This document shows positions 1-9,956 of a stretch of DNA of 51,629 nucleotides, one piece after another; the stretch's first letter is position 1; each line of letters opens with the position of its first letter. The stretch spans positions 1 to 51,629 of the forward strand of contig JAGVQJ010000140.1 in assembly GCA_020051775.1 (NCBI GenBank), given 5' to 3'. A model generated the notes under the pieces. It worked only from the letters and a program-made list of their open reading frames with translations, was not told the origin of the DNA and made no database searches. Origin of the DNA: Calditrichota bacterium. GTDB lineage: Bacteria > Electryoneota > B3-LCP. The position numbers were made by a program, and so were the translations under genes.

Positions 1-278
1 ATGCCTGGGATTCAAGCGACTGGCAGGGTAGTTGGATTTCCCGTCTGGGAGTGGAAACAACTGCACTTTACCAGTTCAGTTTTCGCGTGGGTTGGTCGGT
101 AGACTCGGGTGCCAAGCGCTCTTATAATCATTTGGGATTAGGTTTGGGGCCGGAATGGCTGCGCACCAATATGGCTTGGATTCATGAACCGGGATCGGAT
201 TTCACGTGGTGGGATGGATTTAGGATTGATGTGTCTACCAATCTACGGTACGATATGTTGCCTCGATGGCTTCATTAA
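1..278 (+). CDS. 3' end of an unknown protein; the frame is open from the window start to the stop at 276-278
   Basis: Open frame with no stop from base 3 to 278, running off the left window edge. No recognisable motif. Confidence 0.3.
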   Translation, partial: AWDSSDWQGSWISRLGVETTALYQFSFRVGWSVDSGAKRSYNHLGLGLGPEWLRTNMAWIHEPGSDFTWWDGFRIDVSTNLRYDMLPRWLH

Positions 279-359
279 ACACTGCAGATCGAACTTAATG
301 GTAATCCTTTCAACCCCAGAGATACAGAGAGCACTACATTTGCTTGACTTTGCCGGTGG

Positions 360-968
360 ATGTTCGTATATTCAAAGGACCTTTCCCAATACATCTTAAA
401 TCCTTTCTGCATCATGCTCGACGATATTGATGAAATCCCCGAGGGCGGTGCTCTCTTGTATCAAGGCAGTAGGTATATGCTGTTGCCACCGGCTGCACTG
501 GTGGATTTCCAAAAGTCCATGGAGGATAAACTCGGTACGGAGGCGGTGAGTCAAGCTCTTTATTCAAGCGCTCTTCGCCAGGGTAGATATTTTACTGGTA
601 AAGTGTTGGACGAGCTTTCGCTGGAACCAGATGATGCCGTGCGCTATATGGCTGCCTTAGCGCGAGGCATGGGATGGGGGCGTATCGAGATTACTTCCTT
701 GGATATAAGTAGCCTCACTCTGGAATTGGAAGCTTTTCATAGTGCATTCGCTGAAGAATACGGAAAAGCGAAAGATCCTGTATGTTCTTTCATTAGAGGA
801 TTTTTTGCCGGTGTATGGCAGGCCGTTACCGGTTCTGAAGTCGAAGGCTTGGAGATGCATTGCCGAGCCGTGGAAGGCCCCAGTCCCTGCATCTTCGTCT
901 TCGCCGGTTCTGCCGATCGGAAAAAATTACGAGTCTCAATTTCACAGGTTAAAGTCGAAGAAGATTAG
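360..968 (+). CDS. V4R-like (4-vinyl reductase / XylR-N-like) small-ligand-binding domain protein
   Basis: C-terminal pattern ..PVCSFIRGFFAGVWQAVTG..EVEGLEMHCRAVEGPSPCIFVF.. resembles the V4R Cys-containing core. Alternative start at ATG 414. Confidence 0.5.
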   Translation: MFVYSKDLSQYILNPFCIMLDDIDEIPEGGALLYQGSRYMLLPPAALVDFQKSMEDKLGTEAVSQALYSSALRQGRYFTGKVLDELSLEPDDAVRYMAALARGMGWGRIEITSLDISSLTLELEAFHSAFAEEYGKAKDPVCSFIRGFFAGVWQAVTGSEVEGLEMHCRAVEGPSPCIFVFAGSADRKKLRVSISQVKVEED

Positions 969-988
969 TCGCGTAAAAAGGAGAATCC

Positions 989-1312
989 ATGGGGTCACTA
1001 GCACTTTTCAATGAAGATAGTTTCGAAGATGAAGTGCTGAAAAGCGAGGTGCCGGTACTGGTAGATTTCTGGGCGGAGTGGTGCGGGCCTTGTAAAGTGA
1101 TCGCTCCCATTATCGAACAGATTTCTATAGAATACGAAGGGCGCCTGAAGGTGGGTAAGCTCAACGTTGACGAAAGTCCACAAGTGGCCTCGAAATTTGG
1201 AATACGAGGTATCCCTACGCTATTATTATTTAGGCAGGGTAAACCCGTCGAGCAGATCATCGGGGCTGTTCCCAAAGCTCAAATAGTTGCAAAATTGAAT
1301 TCACATCTTTAG
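989..1312 (+). CDS. trxA: thioredoxin
   Basis: WAEWCGPCK active-site motif, 107 aa, RBS AAAAGGAGA upstream. Confidence 0.93.
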   Translation: MGSLALFNEDSFEDEVLKSEVPVLVDFWAEWCGPCKVIAPIIEQISIEYEGRLKVGKLNVDESPQVASKFGIRGIPTLLLFRQGKPVEQIIGAVPKAQIVAKLNSHL

Positions 1313-1315
1313 GAG

Positions 1316-1762
1316 TTGTACATGCCTCGTGGCCACGCGAGTAAAGTTAATTCAAATTGGTCAAGTCCTCGCCTGATAAAAGAAATATTGGAAGAGGCGC
1401 GCACGATTGCCATTATCGGGATTTCAGATGACCCTTCCCGACCCAGCAATGAAATAGCTCGTTATTTGATCGAGAACGGCTATCATGTGGTGGGGGTTAA
1501 TCCTTCGCTGGAGGAGGTTTTGGGTGCACTCTGTTACCCCTCGCTAAAAGCCATTCCCGAACCCGTGGACGTGGTTGACGTATTTCGTAAACCCGATGCA
1601 CTCGAATCCATTGTAGAGGATGTGATTAGATTGGAAATCCCCTATTTATGGCTGCAAGAAGGAGTTGTAAATCCTGATGCCGCACTGCGGGCTAAAAGCG
1701 CTGGAATTAAGGTTATTATGGATCACTGCATGAAAAAAGAGCACACGCGTCTGCGTATGTAG
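1316..1762 (+). CDS. CoA-binding domain protein (YccU/YneT family)
   Basis: IAIIGISDDPSRPSNEIARYL..GYHVVGVNP..VDVVDVFRKP..LWLQEG, typical of the CoA_binding_2 fold. Starts 4 nt after the trxA stop. Confidence 0.8.
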   Translation: MYMPRGHASKVNSNWSSPRLIKEILEEARTIAIIGISDDPSRPSNEIARYLIENGYHVVGVNPSLEEVLGALCYPSLKAIPEPVDVVDVFRKPDALESIVEDVIRLEIPYLWLQEGVVNPDAALRAKSAGIKVIMDHCMKKEHTRLRM

Positions 1763-1771
1763 CCATTAGTG

Positions 1772-3352
1772 ATGGGTTATCGTCACCTGAAATCCGGTAT
1801 GAAAGTAGCATCAGATATTAAGAATAATTTGCATACTTGGCAAGTCCCAGCTATTGTTGTATTGGGGGCGGCGCTGCGTTTGATTCATCTTGGAGCGCGC
1901 AGCTTTCGCACTGACGAGGGGATCATCGCACAGTTGGCCCAATTAGATTTTCCCGGAGTATTAAGGGCTTCCCTGGAAAACAGCACTCCCGCCGGCCTGA
2001 ATCTTCAGTTGCACGTCATGTACCTGCTGTTTGGGAATTCGCAGTTTGTGTTATCCTTGGTGCCGTTGCTTTACGGCGTGCTAACCATCTACTTCACGTA
2101 TCTTTTAGCATCACGCTATCTCTCCCGTGACATCGGACTGATGGCGTCGTTTCTCGTGGCGGTTTCACCTTACTGCGTCTTCATCTCCCAGGAATTACGC
2201 CCTTATTCGCTAATGACGTTGACAATCCTGGCCTCCTGCTACTTTTTTTTACGTTATTTGGAATCAGGAGAAAAGAAGTTTTGGCTGTTGGCTCTGATTT
2301 TTACCATTGGAGCCACTTACAGTCATTTTTTCGGTTGGTCGGTGTTGATAATCGAGAATATCTATTTCTTCCTGCGAACCAAACATCATTCGCGTTATAT
2401 TTTATCGTGGCTGGGGTTACAAATTCTGGTAATTCTGGCCTTTTCCCCAACTCTTTTAGGAACGCTGAACGTATTGGATGCCTCAGGGGTCAGCACGGAA
2501 CGACTGGTCGTTAGCAATTTCGGCTTTTTCCTCTACAGCGCTGTGAAGAAAACTTTCGGCGCAGTGCTGCATTTCGCTGGCGGGTATTACTTCTTCGATC
2601 TCCCTATCGGTAAGATGCTGAGTATACTGCGACAGCCCGGACAAGGACTCATGTTACTCATAATGTTTGCAGTTCCATGGATTTTCCTGGTGGCTGGCTC
2701 ATGGAAACTGTTCAAATGGAAGAGTTGGCCAAATCTCATCATAGTACTGATGTTTCTGATACCGGTTTCCGTTCTGCTAATCGAAGGCACCAATCCTAAC
2801 TACTACAGTCCGGCGAGTCCCGCCTTTTTTATCATTTTAGGTGTGGGCATTCTGGCGTTGGTATCTTTCTGGAGACGGATTCTGGTTACAGCTTATTTAA
2901 TAATGTGCGGAGTGGCCTTGCTGCATATTTATAGCTCTCCGGTGAATACTTTCCTGACCGAGGATTATCAGGGTTTGGCCAGGTATCTGGATCAGAATCG
3001 TTCCACAGGCGAGGCGGTTGTGTTCTGGGGAGGTTCCAACGCTTCCCATGCCTGGAATTATTACGATCGTTATCAATCCATTTACATGATGCCGGGTTGG
3101 TCGCCGCAGTGCTTTTTGATCGCCCGAGTGGACAAGCCGCGACCGCAGACCTTCATGCGCGCGGACGTTTTTCCGAATGTGATGGATTCCTTGCTCGCGA
3201 AGGCGCCTCGTGCCTGGTATGTTATTCAGGGCGAGCCTGAAGAAATCGAGACGCTGTTTCCGCCGCTACAACAGAGCTATCAATTGGAATTGCGTTCGCG
3301 GCAACCCTATCTTAATCTGCTGGAAATCAGGAAACGAAGTCCAAAATTATAG
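1772..3352 (+). CDS. GT-C fold membrane glycosyltransferase (family 39/83-like, ArnT/PMT-type)
   Basis: About 11 predicted TM segments. First periplasmic loop carries RTDEG (the DE motif of GT-C enzymes). YSHFFGW segment. C-terminal soluble domain. GTG at 1769 is immediately followed by ATG at 1772. Confidence 0.7.
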   Translation: MGYRHLKSGMKVASDIKNNLHTWQVPAIVVLGAALRLIHLGARSFRTDEGIIAQLAQLDFPGVLRASLENSTPAGLNLQLHVMYLLFGNSQFVLSLVPLLYGVLTIYFTYLLASRYLSRDIGLMASFLVAVSPYCVFISQELRPYSLMTLTILASCYFFLRYLESGEKKFWLLALIFTIGATYSHFFGWSVLIIENIYFFLRTKHHSRYILSWLGLQILVILAFSPTLLGTLNVLDASGVSTERLVVSNFGFFLYSAVKKTFGAVLHFAGGYYFFDLPIGKMLSILRQPGQGLMLLIMFAVPWIFLVAGSWKLFKWKSWPNLIIVLMFLIPVSVLLIEGTNPNYYSPASPAFFIILGVGILALVSFWRRILVTAYLIMCGVALLHIYSSPVNTFLTEDYQGLARYLDQNRSTGEAVVFWGGSNASHAWNYYDRYQSIYMMPGWSPQCFLIARVDKPRPQTFMRADVFPNVMDSLLAKAPRAWYVIQGEPEEIETLFPPLQQSYQLELRSRQPYLNLLEIRKRSPKL

Positions 3353-3400
3353 AATCAGATTGACTTACAGTAAATCACAGCTAACAGACGGAGAAAGACT

Positions 3401-3508
3401 ATGGCCACCTTTAAATGCTCGTCCTGCGGCGCTGAATTGGACGCTCGCTGCAAACCCAAGAAATGCCCGAAATGCGGAACTGAGAACTGCTTGAAGAAGA
3501 AAGAATAG
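3401..3508 (+). CDS. 35-aa zinc-ribbon small protein (not in the ORF track)
   Basis: MATFKCSSCGAELDARCKPKKCPKCGTENCLKKKE: two CxxC pairs (C6/C9, C22/C25) plus C17 and C30. RBS GGAGAAAG 5 nt upstream. Sits in the gap between the GT-C gene and the subtilase. Confidence 0.45.
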   Translation: MATFKCSSCGAELDARCKPKKCPKCGTENCLKKKE

Positions 3509-3574
3509 TTGCTCAAGATCTGGTAACTCTGGGAAGGCGGCTGATTTTTAAATTTTATTAACGCGGATGAGATT

Positions 3575-6406
3575 ATGCGCAAGTCATTAGTTCTAAACCT
3601 TGTCCTGGTAGGGCTTCTCCCCGCTATGCAAGCTTGGGGATTTTCGGGTTCTTCGCTCTATTTAAAATGGGAGCGAGAATTAATACCTCGTCTGGAATCA
3701 GGTCGTTGGGTGACGGGTGAACCGGTATTGGATGAAATATTAGCCGGATTTCAGTTGGAGAACGTAACCCGAGTGATTCAGGGTAAAAAAGCAAAAGATC
3801 CGGCAGGGCTGAAGAATGTTTTACGGCTTGATGTATCCGAAGTGAATAACGTCGCAGACGTGTTGAGTTCTCTACGCCGCCTTCCCGGTACCCTCTACGT
3901 TGAAGAAAATCCACTGCGTTCTACCTGCCAATGGCCGGGTAAATCCCAACCGCATTACCTCTGCGAGGTGCCCAATGACCCCATGTATCCTCAACAGTGG
4001 TTTTACCCCATTATGTCGAGTCCGGCGGCCTGGGATGTAGCGCGTGGCAGTGGGGTCGTCGTTGCGGTTGTAGATAACGGCACCCATTGGGAGCACCCAG
4101 ATTTATTGGACAATGTCTGGATAAATCCTGGAGATCCCACATACAATGGGGTAGACGATGATGGCAACGGCTTTGTGGATGATGTCCGCGGCTGGGACTT
4201 TTTCGACTATGATAATAATCCCAAGCCGGAGGCGCCGCAAGGAGGCTCAGTAGATCATCATGGCACTCATACTGCCGGACTGGTAGCCGCAGTCATGAAC
4301 AACAACCGAGGAGTGGTGGGCATGGCCCCATCCTGCAAACTTATGCCGGTGCGTACCGGACTTGGCACCAGCATCTATTTTGGCTTAGAGGGGATTATTT
4401 ATGCGGCTAACAATGGCGCAGACATCATTAGTTTATCCTGGGGAGGAAACACTTTCAGCAGTTTTGAACAAGACGTCGTGACCGATGCTGCTGCACAAGG
4501 CAGCCTCATTGTGGCCGCCGCTGGAAATCAAGGGAGCATGTTTCCTCATTACCCCGCCGCTTATGGCGGTGTGTTGTCCGTTGGCGCTACTGGCCCAGAT
4601 GATCACCGGGCAGGTTTTTCTAATTATGGCACCTGGGTTAAAGTCAGCGCTCCTGGTTCTTCCATATTGTCATTGGGTTATAATTCCTATGTGGTCATCT
4701 CAGGAACTTCGATGTCCACCCCCATAGTCGCCGGGGTAGCAGCCCTCGTGAAATCATATCATCCTGCCTGGAGTGGGGCTCAGGTCTATAATCAGATTCT
4801 CTTTACCGCCGATCCGATTGATGCGCTTAATCCCGGCTACGCTGGTATGATGGGTAGCGGCCGAGTGAATGCTTATAGGGCCGTAGCTGAAACTGCGCCG
4901 GGTCTCAGCATAACGAATTTGAGCACAATCGAGCAGACCGGCGATATGGATGGCCGCTTGGATCCGGGCGAAACGGCCGCATTGATTATTTCCCTTGAAA
5001 ACAGCGGTTCCGTCACGAGCGATGTTCGCGTCATGCTCTCCAGCAGCAATGTTAATTTGCAGGTAGTTCAAGGGAATTGGATCATCCCACAGCTCGCTGC
5101 GGAGACAACTATCAATAACGCCTCCAGCCCATTTGTAGTTTCAGCATCTCTTCTGGCCAGTTCAAACCTTCCCGTTACCCTAACCTTCTCTGCAAGAGCG
5201 GAATCCTTCTACCGTGTTGATCTTCCCATGACGATCTGGATTGATCCCAATTTTGCTGATCATGACACAGGGAACGTGCTGTTAACCGTTACTGATTTTG
5301 GCGCATTCGGATATCTTAACTACCTTAGTCCTTATGATCCCCCGCCGGGTTCAGGCCTGCGCTTTCCGAAAAACAGCGCCAATGTGCTGTATCTTGGTTC
5401 GATGATGGCGGGAGTTTCCCCCTCTAAAGTTAGCGACTGCGCCTGGGGAGACTTTTATACTCCTCGTTATGATTGGCAAACCGTTGACGGCGGTGAAATC
5501 CTCATAACGCCAGGTACCGCCGCCGATCAGAGCGGTTTAGCCATTTATCAGGATACCGGTGCGCCTGTTAATAATCAATGCGGATTGCGCGTCACTCAAA
5601 ATAGCTATGCCTGGACCGAGACCCTCAATGAAGATTTCGTAATTCTATCTTTCAGCCTACAGAATGTCTCTGGAAACCAACTCGACAGCCTCTATGCGGG
5701 AATATTTCTCGATCTGGATGTCGCTTATCATGATTCCAACAAAGCCGGATGGGAACCCGAGCAGAATATGGGCTACCTTTACAATCCAATGGTTTTAACT
5801 CCCAATCCGCGCTATTATGGCCTGAGTATCCTTTCCAACCCGGCGGTTTCCTATCGCGTCATTGACATTTTCAATGATCTCTATCCCTACGAAAGAATGA
5901 CCGATTCGATGAAGTACGTTTACATGTCTTCCGGAATGGTTCAAACCGTCGGCTTAAATCTTTCGGATTATGCCATGCTGCTGTCGGCGGGACCATACTC
6001 GCTGGTGGCCGGTGACAGCGTACTGGTGAGTTTTGCGGTTCTGGGAGGAGATAATTTAAATGATCTGAGAAGCAACGCCGATGCTGCTCAAATGAAGTGG
6101 GACAACTTAGCCTCCACACCGTATGATTTCCCATCCTTCAAGCCTACCTTTACAATCACAGGTACAACGCCGCAGCCCGCGAATGGAAGCGTCAACCTGA
6201 GTTTCTTTCTGCCAGGCGCCAGCCGAATAGTTTTTGATCTAATTGACGTCTTAGGGAGGGTAATCCCCATCTGGGCAGCATACTACCCAGAAGCTGGGTC
6301 TCACAGCGTGATATTGCCTGATCGCGATTTAACCTCGGGTGTCTATATTCTTCGTGGGACCTCAGATTTCGGTAGATCTGCGGTAAAAATGGTTTGGCTG
6401 AAATGA
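3575..6406 (+). CDS. S8 subtilisin-family serine peptidase with T9SS C-terminal sorting domain
   Basis: Catalytic triad motifs VVAVVDNG (Asp), HGTHTAG (His) and GTSMSTPIVAG (Ser). Signal peptide. C-terminal ~80 aa T9SS-type beta-sandwich ending KMVWLK. Confidence 0.9.
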   Translation: MRKSLVLNLVLVGLLPAMQAWGFSGSSLYLKWERELIPRLESGRWVTGEPVLDEILAGFQLENVTRVIQGKKAKDPAGLKNVLRLDVSEVNNVADVLSSLRRLPGTLYVEENPLRSTCQWPGKSQPHYLCEVPNDPMYPQQWFYPIMSSPAAWDVARGSGVVVAVVDNGTHWEHPDLLDNVWINPGDPTYNGVDDDGNGFVDDVRGWDFFDYDNNPKPEAPQGGSVDHHGTHTAGLVAAVMNNNRGVVGMAPSCKLMPVRTGLGTSIYFGLEGIIYAANNGADIISLSWGGNTFSSFEQDVVTDAAAQGSLIVAAAGNQGSMFPHYPAAYGGVLSVGATGPDDHRAGFSNYGTWVKVSAPGSSILSLGYNSYVVISGTSMSTPIVAGVAALVKSYHPAWSGAQVYNQILFTADPIDALNPGYAGMMGSGRVNAYRAVAETAPGLSITNLSTIEQTGDMDGRLDPGETAALIISLENSGSVTSDVRVMLSSSNVNLQVVQGNWIIPQLAAETTINNASSPFVVSASLLASSNLPVTLTFSARAESFYRVDLPMTIWIDPNFADHDTGNVLLTVTDFGAFGYLNYLSPYDPPPGSGLRFPKNSANVLYLGSMMAGVSPSKVSDCAWGDFYTPRYDWQTVDGGEILITPGTAADQSGLAIYQDTGAPVNNQCGLRVTQNSYAWTETLNEDFVILSFSLQNVSGNQLDSLYAGIFLDLDVAYHDSNKAGWEPEQNMGYLYNPMVLTPNPRYYGLSILSNPAVSYRVIDIFNDLYPYERMTDSMKYVYMSSGMVQTVGLNLSDYAMLLSAGPYSLVAGDSVLVSFAVLGGDNLNDLRSNADAAQMKWDNLASTPYDFPSFKPTFTITGTTPQPANGSVNLSFFLPGASRIVFDLIDVLGRVIPIWAAYYPEAGSHSVILPDRDLTSGVYILRGTSDFGRSAVKMVWLK

Positions 6407-6442
6407 TCTACGATGGCTATCATCATCCCTTAAAGCGATATA

Positions 6443-6472
6443 AAATACCCGGCCTCGAACCGGGTATTTTTA
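6443..6472 (+). terminator. rho-independent terminator
   Basis: AAATACCCGG-cctcgaa-CCGGGTATTT followed by a T run, 37 nt after the subtilase stop. Confidence 0.7.
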
Positions 6473-6701
6473 GCCCTCCCCCCTAATAATTCCAAAATTA
6501 CCTTGACTTGACAGGGATGAACAACTTATCTTGATGCAACCGAAACCCAGGACAAACCGATCACTGGATAGTTACTTTAATCCTGAAATAATGGATAGAG
6601 AGGAGCCCTTATCAGCCTGTTGTATTGATTTGTAATACCAGATCGCGGGCGAAACATCATCTGCGACTGGGGTAATATCTGTGCTCAACCAGGAGGTTGT
6701 A

Positions 6702-9700
6702 ATGAGGAGAGGATTAGGGGCGGGCCTGTCCCTGTGGTTTGGACTGGCGATCCTACTTTCTGTTGCGTTGGCAGCGGGAGGGATAAACGGGGGGAATCCG
6801 CAGATCATAATCACCGGCGCCGAACCCTTACATAACGGCGACGTTGTGACAATGCGAGGATCGAATTTTCCTCCGGGAGAAGAGCTTGGCGACCTGGGCG
6901 CTGTTGTCAAAATATTGTCAACTCTGCCAGATGGCCGGACCGTAGTGAATGAATACCGCGGATTTAGCCTATCCGATTTGTCAGTTCGGTCGGACGCCAC
7001 AGGTGGCTTCCTGGTGCAAGTCCCTCTTTCAATACTCCAGGGCGTTCATGGTTGGGTTGAGCTGGGGTTATATCGTCAGGGGAAGAGTCTGCACTCCAAT
7101 ATGCTGAATGTGGAAGATTCAGGACTATTGCCGCCTCGTGAACCCGGAGCTACAGATGCCACTGCCGGCACGCTGATCTTCGGGGACTTTCCTCGTGGCG
7201 GACCAGGAGAAGATCCCGCCGCGAATGACGACGATGTTCCCTTATCCGGAAGCGGTTGGGATGGCGATTTATTCCAGGTGGACGAAGAACGCTACACCAC
7301 CACGGATGGTACCGGCACACCAGTTCTTCAAAGCGCTCTCACAAATGACGTAACCTTCGACGGTTCCGGTAATTTGGAAGGCACCTCTTCCGCAATTTTA
7401 GAGGGGTTGACGCCAACCTATAAATCCATTCGTGTGGCGGTCGTGGTCTGGAATCCACCTGACTGGTCTTCGATTAGAGGCAATAATACCGATGGATCAA
7501 CCCAGGGTGAGGGTTACCTCACGACAGCGGATGTGACCGCTCCGACTTTGCTGGCAGCTTCTGCAACCTCGTTAACCTCCATCACGGTGACCTTCACCGA
7601 AGCCGTCATCACTCCAGCCCTCAACGCCGACGCCATTGACAACTGGACAGTGACCTTCAATGGAAACAAAGCGGTTGCCTCTCTGTCGCCCTTGGGAGAT
7701 ACGACCACTACCGTCATTCTGACAGTTGCGGACCTGGGGGATCGCGGCGCCACACCGACGGTTGATTTTGCTTCCGGTGCAGACGAATTTGAAGACGTTT
7801 CTGGTAATGATGCGGCGCTCGGTAGTCTATTGGCTGCAGACGACATCATTCCGGCCGCGCCCTCTTTGACGGCTCCTGTTGATGGCACCTTTATGGAAGG
7901 CGCATCAGTAGCTTGGACCGCCACCGCTGGCGCAGGAACTGATAACTCTCTGACGGGGCTTAAATTTCAGGGCTCCGATAATGGCAGCAGTTGGACCGAC
8001 CTGGAGACCGATGTTTCCTCGCCCTACGGCGGGACCTATAATTTTGGGACAAAATACACATACTATCGTGCGCTGGCTTACGACAGCGAATCCAACACCA
8101 CCGGTTCTACCGCCACCGCCAACCTGCAGGATGCCCAACATCTGCACCTGACCACTATTCCTGCTTCGACTCAGGCCGGGGTAGAATCCGGCCAGTGGGT
8201 ATTCACCGTGCATGACAACTACGGCAACCCCGAAGCTATCACTCAAACGGTTGCCCTGTCAACTACCTCCACGCTGGGACTGTTTCGTGGAACACCAGGG
8301 GGAGAGTACATTAGTTACCTCAGTCTGAGCAATAATTCCTCGGCCAGTTTCTACTACATAGATACCCGGGTTGGCACACCCTGGATCAAGGTCGTCAACA
8401 TCGCACTTTTAGATGATTCCACACAGTATGAAGTGACCGATAATACTGGTATAACTTCGATTAAAATCAGAACCTCTGCCGGTGGCGGAGGATCAGAAAC
8501 CGGCACCATTGAAATCGGCGGCGCAGCGGGCGGTGGCTCTTATAATGTCACCCCCTGGATGTACGTTGCAGGGTATAACTCTTTGGGCGCGTATGTGCAG
8601 GACGTAGCGGCTGATTGGACGACGACCGGTTCCCTGCCCAGCGGCGGTGGTTCCGGATTCGAGAATGCGGACCCCGTTACGAACAACCGCTATACTGCTG
8701 TTTCAGCCGTCAATTGCACGGGAACGATTGTCGCAACCTATAGCGGGTTGACCGATGCCACGGGTACCATCACAGTAGACGCTACCAAACCCGCGACGGT
8801 AACGGGATTCAACGTCGCCACCGACCCGAACGACTCACTCTACATCAATGCCACTTGGAACCAAACTTCCAGCTATGACGATGGGAGCAGCGCCGCCTCC
8901 GGGAATGTAGGTGACTTTGACGTTCGCTACTCTGCCGTTAAATGCAGCACCGAAGCGCTCTGGAATTCGGCTATTCAGGTCAATCAATCTGGCAAGCCGG
9001 CCTCGTTCAATAACTCCAACTCGTGGCGCATCTATATGGGTGACGTTTTCGCGGGCTTCTATTTTTACGCCATAAAAACGATGGATCCTCAAGGCAACTG
9101 GTCATTGATGGGTTCAGGCTGTTTCACCACACAGAGCGACTACTCGCTACCGGTGACTCTGTCCGCCTTCAATGCCAATGGGGGTTACGGACGCATCACG
9201 TTATCCTGGTCCACCGAATCGGAAGTTGACGCCCTGGGATTTCAAATTTGGCGCGCCGATAACGAAGAGTTCATTAATCCAATACAGGTGGCGAGTTACC
9301 TGGAAAATACTGAACTGCTTTGTCGCGGGGATGTGACCACCGGCGCAGACTACGAATGGGTGGATACTCAAAATCTTCAGCCGGGAGCGGTTTACTACTA
9401 CCGCCTGGAGACTGTGGACCTGAATGGCCATGCCGAGATCAGCACGCTTACTGCCACAGGCTCTTGCCAGGCTTTACCCGGAGAACTGGCGTTAAGTCCG
9501 AATTTCCCCAATCCATTCAATCCGGATACTCAGTTCGATCTGCAATTGCCGCTGAATACCACGGTATCAGTATCTGTCTTCGACCTGCGCGGCAGGGAAG
9601 TCGCCAGAATCGTTGATGGCGCCAACTTGGAAGCCGGTGTCCACCGGCTAAGCTGGAATGGTCGTACCCAGAATGATGGGCCGTTGCCTTCGGGTATCTA

Positions 9701-9761
9701 CTTCTGCCGCTTGCAAACGCCGGGTGCACAGAGAATTATCAAGATGATGCTGTTGAAGTAG
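6702..9761 (+). CDS. large secreted Ig-like/SbsA-like repeat protein, T9SS cargo
   Basis: AGGAGG RBS then ATG at 6702 (the GTG at 6681 is less likely). Signal peptide. Ig-like segments (TAPTLLAASATSLTSITVTFTEAV). C-terminal LSPNFPNPFNPDTQ...KMMLLK T9SS domain. Confidence 0.8.
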   Translation: MRRGLGAGLSLWFGLAILLSVALAAGGINGGNPQIIITGAEPLHNGDVVTMRGSNFPPGEELGDLGAVVKILSTLPDGRTVVNEYRGFSLSDLSVRSDATGGFLVQVPLSILQGVHGWVELGLYRQGKSLHSNMLNVEDSGLLPPREPGATDATAGTLIFGDFPRGGPGEDPAANDDDVPLSGSGWDGDLFQVDEERYTTTDGTGTPVLQSALTNDVTFDGSGNLEGTSSAILEGLTPTYKSIRVAVVVWNPPDWSSIRGNNTDGSTQGEGYLTTADVTAPTLLAASATSLTSITVTFTEAVITPALNADAIDNWTVTFNGNKAVASLSPLGDTTTTVILTVADLGDRGATPTVDFASGADEFEDVSGNDAALGSLLAADDIIPAAPSLTAPVDGTFMEGASVAWTATAGAGTDNSLTGLKFQGSDNGSSWTDLETDVSSPYGGTYNFGTKYTYYRALAYDSESNTTGSTATANLQDAQHLHLTTIPASTQAGVESGQWVFTVHDNYGNPEAITQTVALSTTSTLGLFRGTPGGEYISYLSLSNNSSASFYYIDTRVGTPWIKVVNIALLDDSTQYEVTDNTGITSIKIRTSAGGGGSETGTIEIGGAAGGGSYNVTPWMYVAGYNSLGAYVQDVAADWTTTGSLPSGGGSGFENADPVTNNRYTAVSAVNCTGTIVATYSGLTDATGTITVDATKPATVTGFNVATDPNDSLYINATWNQTSSYDDGSSAASGNVGDFDVRYSAVKCSTEALWNSAIQVNQSGKPASFNNSNSWRIYMGDVFAGFYFYAIKTMDPQGNWSLMGSGCFTTQSDYSLPVTLSAFNANGGYGRITLSWSTESEVDALGFQIWRADNEEFINPIQVASYLENTELLCRGDVTTGADYEWVDTQNLQPGAVYYYRLETVDLNGHAEISTLTATGSCQALPGELALSPNFPNPFNPDTQFDLQLPLNTTVSVSVFDLRGREVARIVDGANLEAGVHRLSWNGRTQNDGPLPSGIYFCRLQTPGAQRIIKMMLLK

Positions 9762-9785
9762 GATCTCCATCATCAAGGGGGGAAG

Positions 9786-9818
9786 GGCCGACTTTCACGT
9801 CGGCCTTTTCATTTTATT
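9786..9818 (+). terminator. rho-independent terminator
   Basis: GGCCGAC-tttcac-GTCGGCC followed by TTTTCATTTT. Confidence 0.7.
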
Positions 9819-9956
9819 CCGCTTTACTCGGAATCAAATCGTAGGGGTCGAATCACTCCCGAAATATCTTGCATAATAATCATTGCTTTGCTATTTTTTA
9901 TGGGGATAATGAATTCGGGATATTTACTCTAATTTAGACAAGGTGCGGGGGGAAGG

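Noticed and set aside
3210-3494. 94-aa plus-strand ORF overlapping the GT-C gene end
   Set aside because: Overlaps the 3' end of the GT-C CDS in another frame. The short zinc-ribbon ORF at 3401..3508, in a different frame with an RBS, explains the region better.
6572-7000. 142-aa minus-strand ORF
   Set aside because: Lies antisense across the start region of the well-supported 6702..9761 gene. No RBS or motif. Typical shadow ORF.
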